A DNA stretch of 64,000 bases from Chrysomallon squamiferum (taxonomy: Eukaryota; Animalia; Mollusca). Below the pieces are notes generated by a model. The model ran no database searches. It saw only the letters and a program-made list of their open reading frames with translations, and was not told where the DNA came from. The stretch lies in NCBI GenBank assembly GCA_012295275.1, contig CM022673.1, forward strand, positions 26,040,001-26,104,000, written 5' to 3'. Made by a program: the position numbers and the translations under genes. Of the stretch, positions 43,380 to 64,000 are shown piece after piece. Every line of letters begins with the position of its first letter. Position 1 is the first letter of the stretch.

Positions 43380-46300
43380 CTTTTTTTCTTTGAACACTGT
43401 CAAAAAACTGATTATTTAATTGTTATGTAAAGTTGTCAGAAGTCCCAAAGCAGAATTTAGTAAAAAAAATTATTTTTTATTTTTGTTTTATGAAAAATAT
43501 AATAAAATGCAATTATAATATATTATTACATGTCTACATTTGAAGTTATTATTATTATTTTTTTCTATTATTATTTATTAATTTTGTTTTAGAGATTCAC
43601 AAGTTCAAACAAGTCTTCTGAAAGCCAGCATGTGGGTGTTTCCCCAGCATTTCTGGTAAGACAGTTTTGTTTTGAGAGTGACGATTAATTCAAAGCAGTT
43701 TCTGTAAACTGCAAATGGTTTTAAAAAATTAAAAATATTTTAAAAATATTTTAAAAATCAGTATTTGTATTTAGTAACATTTTTAATTAAAAATTTGAAA
43801 CCAAAGGAATACAAAAACAAGAATTGTAAATTTACAAAAAAACAACAAAAAAACAACAACATCATCATCATAGACAAATCGGTAGTGTTACTGTGATTTT
43901 TATATAAATATAGGAAATAAATCTTTTATAACTCACAGAAATAACCGTGAAAATGTTTTCATCATAACTTTGAATATTTGAATATTTTTCTGCAGTAAAA
44001 CCATAGACACAGTTGCTGATTAAATATCTTATCAGTGATATAAAATATCTGTTTTTTGAACACCAAATAATATTTCAGTGATTCAAGATAGTAATAGTTC
44101 ACAAATATTGGAATCTACATCCAATTTAGCACCACAGAATTATTTTAATCATGAAAAATGCAGACAGTGTGACAAGTCTGTAACCATAGGAAAAGAGTTC
44201 TAGTGTATTTTGTTTTGCAGGCAGACATAAAACCACAGACAGATGGATGTAATGGACTGAAGTACAACTTAACAGCTGACATCATAGAATCTATATTTAA
44301 AACATATCCAATGGGTAAGTCTTTTATATCAGATAATCCATATCATTTCTGTATGACTGACATCAATGTTGATTATTTATAAATTATATTTTGAACTTTA
44401 GTAGATGATAAGATTAATCAAAATTTTATTGTTTAAACGTTAAATTCAGATTGACATTTTTAATCTTACTGAAATATCTAACAGACATTTTTGTAATACG
44501 TCAATTATTTTGTTATAGCTGAAAAATTAATTTCTGTTTAGAGAAAGCTACATTTCATCTTATCTTAGCCTAATTCCTTTTCTGTATATTTTCTTTTATA
44601 AATGAATTGTTTAAAATTAGAAGTCTTACACTGAATGTTTTATTTTTTTTTTTTTTTTCAGTAAGAAAGAAACATGCTGAGTATGTGCCCCACCAGATGA
44701 CAGAGAGTGAGTTCTGGACACGATTCTTTCAGTCTCACTATTTCCATAGAGACAGAACCGTACTTGGTACCAAAGACATTTTCACAGATTGTGCCAAAAA
44801 TGATGAAAAAGGTGAATAGAGTCAATTGTTTTATTTATATTTTTATATATATGATTTTATGATTTTTTTTTTTCTTTCTTAAAATTTTATAAATTTTGTT
44901 TTAAAATGATGAAAATGGTTTGTAAAGATAGTTTTGTTCCAAGAAAATGATGAGAAAGATTAGTACAGTCAAAATTTTTTATTTTTTATTTATTGAGAAA
45001 GATTAGTACAGCCAAATTTGTTTATTTATTTGTTAAGAAAGGTTAATACAGTCAAATTTGTTTATTTATTTATTGAGAAAGAGAAAGATTAGTACAGTCA
45101 ATTTTGTTTATTGAGAAAGGTTATACACAAATTTGTTTATTTATTTAGACAAGAAAAGACAGTTATTTTGTCTTGATGGTGATAGAACAAGACAAATAAT
45201 TTGTCTTGATGGTGATAGAACATAATTACATTTTTATCTTTCTGTTTCAGAAATGAAGGATGAGATTGAGAAACGTGTGTGTGACCCTCTCTTGGACCTG
45301 ACAAAGTGCGCTGATTACTCTGTTGATGAAGTGAGATGTCTGTTTTTTGTATTGTCTTTCACAAATTCATTTTTACAAAAATAGTTGTGTTGAAGAGAGA
45401 AAAAGACAACTTACTAAACAATATAGAAAAAACTACTAATCAAATTTTGTGTTTAGATTATTTTATATTATATTAAGATGTTTTGTCTTTCAAATTTTTA
45501 TTTGGAACTGCATTAATTTAAAAAAAAAATTCAAACAAACAAATAAAAGAAAAACCTCCAAAAGCTTGTGTATTTAATTTTAAAATTGAGAATGCAAAAT
45601 TAACTTATTTTTAATAACGACAAATGATTATAAAGTGTTGTTTAAAAGAATGAATAAATGGCTCAATACATTTGAGAGAGAATTAACCGGACACAATAAT
45701 TGTGTTTTTAGGCATACAGAGGAATTAGCGAAGACAGCAGGAGAAGCAGCAACATAACCAACCAGTCGATAATTAGAAGGTTTAACCACCACTCAACAAT
45801 GGTACTCAGGGCCTGCGAAACAAAGTCAAAAGCAGAGACCTGTAAAAGTGATATTAATCAGCTGACTAACTGTCAGGTGTTGTTACCTAACGGTGTGAAG
45901 CCATCCACAAGTCACTCACACTTCGAAGAACCCCCGCACAAAAAGGTGGGATACTTCTGTAGTTTTTCATTTTGAAACTAAAGTTTATGTAAATATGTTT
46001 TTTTTTAAAAAGTAACGATATTTTCGTTTTTTGAATTTTATATAAATATGGTTTTTTTAAAGTAACAATATTTTCTTTTTTGGAATTTTATATAAATATG
46101 GTTTTTTTAAAGTAACGATATTTTCTTTTTCGGAATTTTATATAAATATGGTTTTTTTAAAGTAACGATATAATCTTTTTTGAATTTTATATAAATATAT
46201 GTTTTTTTTAAAGTAACAATATTTTCTTTTTTGGATTTTTTTTTTTTTGAATGAGTGGTTTGAATAAAAGAGATGTCTATATTTTAAATTTTGCAAAGTT

Positions 46301-49300
46301 AAAAAAAAAAAAAAAAAAAAAAAAAGTTATCCTGATTTACTTAATCAAAATTGATTTTTCAATAATGGCTTCCTCAGAATTTTGATTGAAATTTAATGGT
46401 TTGTTTGCTAAGATTTAGTTTATAATACTAGATTTTGTGCCGATGTGCATAAAGTTTAGTTTTCCAGAATAATTAAAATTCAGACACAAATAAAAAAAAC
46501 TTCAAAGAACTATCAAAATAGATTAATTAAAGTAAAGTAATATTTAAAAAATTTAAAATATAACTGGTGAAATGATTACAAAAATCATGTTTTTAGATTA
46601 ATCGTGCATCCACAGTTAACTGAGAACCAAGTTTTGACCAAAACATTGTTAAACTATTTCTCACTATAATTTCTACCTTTTTCATTCTATTTTAATTACT
46701 TTAATTTTATTTTTTAAGTTTTCTAAAAATATATATATTTTTTTTTTCTTTTTATTTTTAGGCTAGAATCAAAGAAAAAGTGGAAATGGAAGATTTGTGT
46801 AGTAGTAATAATGAAAAAATCGTGAATCTTCGACTGGGTAAAATAGAGAGATACTTACACGGTCCAACACCAGCAACAGCAGCTAAATACACAACCAGTC
46901 AGAGAGTCATCGAAGCTAACCAGTCAGTGGGTGTCGAAATTCAAAACTGGGTTCCAGATCTTTCTCAGGTCTGTCGTGTCTTTCAAACATTGTGTGCTCC
47001 ACTTTATCATTTAAAAAAAGATAAAATGAAACAAATTCATTTCCTCATCTGACTAAATATTTAAACTTGCATAAAAAATATTTTTTTATTCGATTTTTAA
47101 CATTTGAATTTCCTTCCCAGTTATTACATAATTGAAAGGTTGGTTAATTCTTGATGGTCGTTGCAGTTTAAAATTATTATTCACCTGCTTGAATGAACAG
47201 GTTTTAGCTTCTTGTTATGAAAGATTAATTGGTTTGTTGTCATCAGGTATTGTCAGGAGGCAGTGCTGTTGGTGTACTGGGAGAACTGTCACCAGGTGGC
47301 GCTCTTATGCAAGGAACTACTGTTCATCAGTTACACCGTGAGTTTGTCATCTATGCATATTCATTGTTGTTTTTCTCACGTAAATATAGAAATTTATAAA
47401 CATAAAACTATTTTTAGCTGCATTATGGTTTTAATCAACATCTCCAAATATGTTTTTTCTCAGAAATTTACTTCAGTGATTTTTATGCTAAAAAAAATTA
47501 AACTTTGGCAGCTGTTGTGTTCAATAGTTCCAGTAACATTGCATTTTTAATATTTACATAGTTAGTTTTGTGTTTTGTGCCTGTCGGTTTTTAAACCCTA
47601 TTTCACAATAGAAACTAGATATTGTAATTAATTTTGTAATTCACTTAACGTTTATAAAATATAATTAACCACAATACAAAGTAATGTGACTTTAATTGTA
47701 ATTGGCATATGTTTAGCTTTGAATTTTACAGGTTGTTTGAAGTTAAAATTTTTATTAAGAAAAGTAAATAAAAAGAGGTCAAAGCCAAATTAAGGTGGTT
47801 AAAGAAACCATTAATGCAGAGTTATATGTAAATGTTCACAGAAATGGTGCCTCAGACAATTCAAGATGAAGTTCGACAACAGTACAATGCATTGTGTGAA
47901 TTACTTAGACATTTTTGGACGTGTTTTCCTGTGTCTTCAAAAACATTAGAGGAAAAGGTAACACACTTTAATGTTCTCTGTACATTCCTTCTCAAGTCTG
48001 TTTAGTATATAATACTTAATATGTTCATAAATGTATGTGTTTTCACATTTATATCACATATTTAATAACAAAGCTATACAAATCCATTATAATTTAGAAA
48101 GAACACCATAAAATTATCTTTAGTACACTGGTTATATTAGTTATATTAATAATATTGTTAATGAAATTTTCCAGATAGAGTACTCTATAGTAAAATTTAA
48201 TTTGTTAAACCTATTTTTTTCATTAAATGATTAATTGAACATTTTATAACTGGGCTGTGATTTCAGTCTATCAGAACTTGAATAATGTGAAAAATATAAT
48301 AAAACTTCGATCAACACAAAATAATAAACAATTCAGATTTCAGGCATTGTCAACCTGGTACAATCCACTAAATAATGAACAGGAATATCATAAATATAAA
48401 ACAAAATAACATGTCATGCAGAGACTTTTATTTTTTATAAACTGAAAGCTAATGAAAAACTCAAAGAAAAATAAAATGTTAATTGTTCAGTTGATTTATC
48501 AAAAGTCATAGATCAGGAATTATTTTATACTGTAAGCATATTTTCGAAGTTAAAGTTCACATATCCTGGAATGTTTATAGCTGATTGATGACTTTTGCAT
48601 GATAACCAAACAACAGACAGTGTTTCTTCAGACTTCTGCACAAGAATGAACAAACAACTTCTCATCAGATTTTAACAGTGTTCTGTTCAATGACTTCTTG
48701 TCAGTCTTTAACTGTTCTGTTCAATGAATTCTTGTCAGTCTTTAACTGCTCTATACCATGAATTCTTGTCAGACTTTGACAACTTTCTGTTCTGTGAACA
48801 AATTTAGATGTGACATCTTCACGTTAGACTTTGGCAACTTTCCATTTAATACAGAAATTGATCTAAGACAACTTATCATCAGATTTTGACAGCTTTCCAC
48901 TTAGGGTAGAAATTTATGTAAAGCAACTCATCTTTCAGTGAAGGAGTTTATGTGTGATCATTTTGCATAAGATTTTGATGAATATTCATCCTTTGAAGAA
49001 TTTTACATAGGATGAGACAAAACAAAATAGAAACTGTTTCAGTGATGTACACAGTGTTGTGAGCAGAAGAAGACATTTTCTCCTTCTGAAAGCATTAATA
49101 GTGATATAATATATTTTATATAATATATCAAGCATTAATTTACATCTTGTTTAGGACACAGTTGAACTAAGCCATGCCTTGAAAGATCAAAGGTTATTGA
49201 TAAGAAAATTAAAATTAGTTTTCATGAAAGCATGATCTTGCTGATAGAATTTAGAGTCTGCAGTAACCAAGAATAAAAGTGAGTTTTTTTTTCCTTTCAA

Positions 49301-50027
49301 AATCCATTAATTTTGTTTTCTGTACCAGCTAAATGACAAAAACGAGAAATAAAAATTTAGATCATTTTCTTATGATTACGAATGATTTGTTATTGATTAT
49401 AAATGTTTTATTTAATTTTTTTTTGTTATTATTACAAGAATGTATTTATGATATGAAAATGATTATTATTTTCAGGTGGTAAAAATGAGGTCAACATTAG
49501 AAAAATTTCAACTAGCAAAACTTAATCCTTTAAAAGATAAGCTTGGTCAGAATCACTACCACATAAATGTAAGTATTAATTCTCACAGTTCCAGAATCTT
49601 TGAACACAACCTTGTTTTCATGACAGCTTCCACATAACAGCCATTGATAATCTTTCATATTGCTGTCATCACAGAGACAAAAACAAAAACAAATATTGTT
49701 TTGCATTGATCTCCTGATTAATATTTTTATTTTTAATTTTAATTTTAAATCTTCCAAATTATTATATTAATTATTAGTAAAATAATAATCTTAACTGCTT
49801 TAAATATTTTAGAATTTGTTGTTATTTTATAAATATGTATATACAGTAGCATCGTTCATGATAAAATATAAAATAAAAATATTTCAAATTTGTTGGTCAT
49901 GAATATAAACTGGATCATCAGTTAGTTAGAATTTCTGTTTCAGTTAACTGGTCACATGGAAGATATGCTTTTGGCTGCTTATGCTAAATTTGACTTGTGG
50001 AAAGCCAAGAAAATGACAAAAAGATGA
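41618..50027 (+). CDS. GTF2H1: general transcription factor IIH subunit 1 (p62; PH and BSD domains), 13 coding exons, ~554 aa
   Basis: Exons 41618-41771, 42108-42309, 42877-42973, 43593-43655, 44221-44314, 44662-44811, 45251-45330, 45712-45945, 46762-46968, 47247-47337, 47842-47957, 49476-49568, 49944-50027, in phase (1665 nt). Hallmark motifs [99 protein letters not shown]. Confidence 0.96.
44950..45225. repeat. degenerate ~40-bp tandem repeat plus a short duplication (GTF2H1 intron)
   Basis: gagaaagattagtacagtcaaatttgtttatt recurs ~5 times; ttgtcttgatggtgatagaaca occurs twice. Confidence 0.7.
45988..46236. repeat. ~50-bp minisatellite, ~5 copies (GTF2H1 intron)
   Basis: Unit taaatatggtttttttaaagtaacgatattttcttttt.ggaattttata. 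Confidence 0.85.
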
Positions 50028-51587
50028 AAGGAACATGGAGCTGTCATCGCAGCTGGAAAATAAACTTTAACATTCAGAATGTTGCTCAAAAAAAAAAAGA
50101 AGAAGAAAAAAGACACAGGAAGGCATCTTTTTGTTTGGTGCTAATATATTCCCATGTAATTTTCATTATCCTGAAAAAAACCCACCCCAACATTGTTACA
50201 TGCTTTATCCAAACATACTGAGTACCTAGAGCGTATTTGTGATATGTCAAAAAAAAAAGATTGTTAGCCCAGTTCGTGTGATACAGCATATAAAACCACT
50301 GTGTTTACAAAACACATGATCTGCAGTTTAGCCCAGAAATAACGACAGTTGACATAGAATCTCATTTCACTGATCACTTGAAAAAGACTGTTTAATACTG
50401 ATTTTCAAGGAAGATGTAAAACAGACACGTTATTTACTTTGCTCTGAGCGCTCAGTATTCTGTTTGGGGCATCATGTTTTACTCACAGCCTGCCATTTTC
50501 CTTTATTTTTATATGTTTGGTTTTACCCTTGTGTCATGTAGACTGGTGTGTTATGTTTCCTTTTGTCACCAGACAGCTATCACCAAACTTTTAAAAAGCC
50601 CCAAACAGTATTAAAAAAAAAAAAAAATTTCTTTCATTTCTGCAAATATTTTCAATCATCTGTAAGAAAAAATTCTTAGTATTTGATTAAAGTAGTCTGA
50701 ATAGGTTTTTTAATTTTTTAAATTTTATTATTATTATTTTTTTTTTTTTCCCCTTTCATCATTTCATATCATCTTTAAAATGCTTGATTTTTTTTTTATT
50801 CATTTCATTCAATCATTCATAATAATGAGAAATATTGTCATTGTAAAAAAAACAACACTGTGTTAAATAATTAAGTGTGAAATATATTCAAACAGAATAA
50901 TTTTTTCATACTAAGTAAGTGTTAGTGGTTCTTTTGAAGGGATACCATCTTATACATTTTTTCATGCTGTCTTCATCTTGTGTTAAATATTAAATACAAA
51001 TATCAAAATAAAACAGGCCATGTAGATTCTGTGTCCAAAAATGTTTTATTGTTTTGTATGCATTTATTAACTGAGGATTATCATATAGGATTAACAGTGA
51101 CAATCATAGATAATAATACCTAGCTGTAAAACAGATAAACTAAGGTCATTTGTTTCCAGAAATTGCAATATATGGTTTGATTGTGGTAAAGCAAAGTTAC
51201 ATTGAAGATTGTGTGCTATGTATGAATTTTTTTTTAAATGAATCTCTCAAAATAGTGTAAAAGAATAATTTCTATTCTTTTTTCTTTTTTTTTTCAAAGA
51301 GAAATTTTCCTATTTGTATTACCAGTACAAACACACATAATAATTCCTATCAAATATAATTTTTAGTATTTATAAACAAAAGCTTAAAACGAAGTTTATT
51401 TTGTTAATCAGTTGTTAAATTTAAAAAAAAAAAATTAATAATAATAATAAATAAAAATACAAATGCAAGAGTTAATGCTATGATTTAGATTTATTAATAT
51501 TTTTTAGTAAATTTTCATTTTGTGAATTGTGCAAAACCTTGATAAATTTAATGGTTGTGAGAAAATGGCTGAGAATGACAAGATGGA

Positions 51588-51618
<31 letters not shown>

Positions 51619-51906
51619 TTAAAAGAGGCATTTTTTTTTTTGTCATATATAAATCTTCCATAATAACACAATACCACTGTTGTATAAATTTATAAAAGAT
51701 AAATATATGGTACATCAGGTCAAAAGGTTTAATTACCTACACAGAACATTTCATTTTTATTTTTATACTATATTTGGATGAATATCACCATTTTTCATTT
51801 GCATTATTTTTCCTTTATATTAGTATTATTATTTTTATTTTTAATGCTACAAAATATAAAATGCAAGGTAGCCATGTAAATGTATACTTTAATTGTTTAG
51901 TTTCTT

Positions 51907-51947
<41 letters not shown>

Positions 51948-52908
51948 TTTTCTGATCACAAGCACGTGATTAATATTGTATGCATTTTTATTTTTATGTT
52001 TATTTTTTATTTTAATTTAATTTGAATCAGAATAAAAGTAATATTGTTACAAATGTATTTGGTATCCTGCATATTTACCAAAATTGAAAATAATCAGTGC
52101 TATTTGTTGTTAGAATTATAATTATTTTTAATAAATATGTGTACAGCAGTACAGTGAATAAGGCAATTGTTTAATAGAATGTACATTTGGAGAATTACTG
52201 AAATGTGTATTCAGAACCAACATTTCTGAACACAAGGAACTAATTTCAAAACGACATAAAACCAAAAAAAAGTTTTTAACTTTTCACCATTGTCTTCAAA
52301 ATGTCAAACCATTGGTTACTTTATCTGTATTATTGAATATATAAAAAATTATGATTACATTGATCTGTGATATTTTTTTACATGCCAAGAAATTCTGAAT
52401 GTGTTGTTTTGTATTATTTTTGGAGTTAGAGGGAGAATTAAAAATTATTGTATCATAAAACAAATTGTTTTGTTTTTTATCTGTCTAATATTTCAGAAAG
52501 GTGGAGAGAGTGATGTAAAATAAATTTAAGAATCTTTGGATTTTATTGTGATGAGGCTACTGAAATTTTAGGAAGCCCCATTTAACAGAATAATGTTACG
52601 TAATAATTGGACTGAATTTTAGAAGCTTTCGTTTGGCTCTTGTTTAAGTAAAAGTATAAAAATGACATGCAGTATATCAGTGGGGATTTTTTTTTTTTTT
52701 TTTTTTTTTATATGTCTTTTTGTTTTCATTTTTCGTTTGATTCTTGGAATGGTTGTTTTGTTGGTTTTTTTTTTTTTTTTTTTTTTCTGATCTGTTCCAG
52801 AGTATCCTGTAATAATTATCCATGGCTTAAAAATTCAGTATGTTGCTTACCAAGCCAAAAAATAGTTTCATTCATCACTCTCGTGCGATAGATGCAATTT
52901 TTTTTACA

Positions 52909-52952
<44 letters not shown>

Positions 52953-53897
52953 AAACAAACAAAACAAAAAACGATTCTTACTTCATCATGTCTATATTAT
53001 AATTTCACTTTTTATGTAGACGTATCATTTATCATGATTATTGTTTCTGAAGTTTTAAAGGTTCACAAGTTCGCGTCTAATTTCGTCAGTTTCAGTTTTT
53101 ATCGGTGTAATCTGATTTATGGTTCCTGCTTGTAATCGCCTCGATACATAGAGCAGTCACTGTTCATCCGGACATCGGCCCGTTCGATATCGTGGCTGTT
53201 TTTTGTTTTTTTAAATTGTTTTTAATTTGTCCACTTCTTTCAGTGATGGTGGACTCATGACACTCTTCTGATCAATAATATCTAATCAAATCTGATAAAT
53301 TAAATACATGTTATAGAGAGTACCAACTGGTTTAATATGAGACACCGACTGATTCATTTTTCAAGGATTTATTACGAGTGAACACAGTTAAAATAACATA
53401 CCCCTACCTATATAAGCGATTGTTGTAATGATAAATGCAGTTTAGTTTGAAACAATAAAACGGAATTTTAAAAATTAAAATAGAGGTCTGTTTAAATATA
53501 TATATATATAAATATATCAAAGCAAATATATAAGTTATGATACAAAGAATTAAAATATAATTTAGTTCAACTATATTAAATCGTTTGTTTTCAGTGGCTC
53601 AGAGACTGAAAACACTGGAAATAAATTCAGTTTTTATCCATTTGCAATGAATTGTGCACATCAATCTGTCAGATTAATTTTGTCTACAACAATTCAATGT
53701 TTGAATCGTAGAATGCGACTGTTTCAGTTTTGTCAGATTTGCTGTAACAACCGTTGAGCGTCAGTGAAGCGAAACGTCACTCGGTTTTATGGTTCATCTG
53801 ACAGATCGGGCGATACGCCTACAAGGGTCTCTGTCACCAGTTTGAAACTGTGAAGTCACGGATCAAGAGTAAAACAAAAAGTGCGTGGCGGATCAAG

Positions 53898-63979
<10,082 letters not shown>

Positions 63980-64000
63980 GTAAGTATCAGTCATAATATT

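Overview
AT-rich, microsatellite-rich animal genomic DNA with spliceosomal GT-AG introns. A degenerate SINE fragment suggests a mollusc, probably a gastropod (inference). I assembled five multi-exon genes by hand and checked exon phases. Four are complete: CCDC59/TAP26 (minus, 20494-23994), ZC3H11A-like (plus, 28031-34602), PIFO/CIMAP3 (minus, 37537-40231) and GTF2H1/p62 (plus, 41618-50027). The fifth is an unrecognised secreted protein (plus, 53898 to beyond the window end) built from at least three tandem 8-cysteine domains, each encoded by the same three-exon module. The four conserved genes form two head-to-head pairs inside a CpG-depleted block. The first ~19 kb has no recognisable coding sequence, only CpG-rich islands, minisatellites and non-autonomous DNA transposons, one with a FLYWCH/Mutator remnant. 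The most unusual items are the 8-Cys repeat protein and an array of ~15 tandem copies of its own 3' splice site. Most entries in the supplied ORF track are microsatellite artefacts. Gene names come from recalled motifs; no database search was run.
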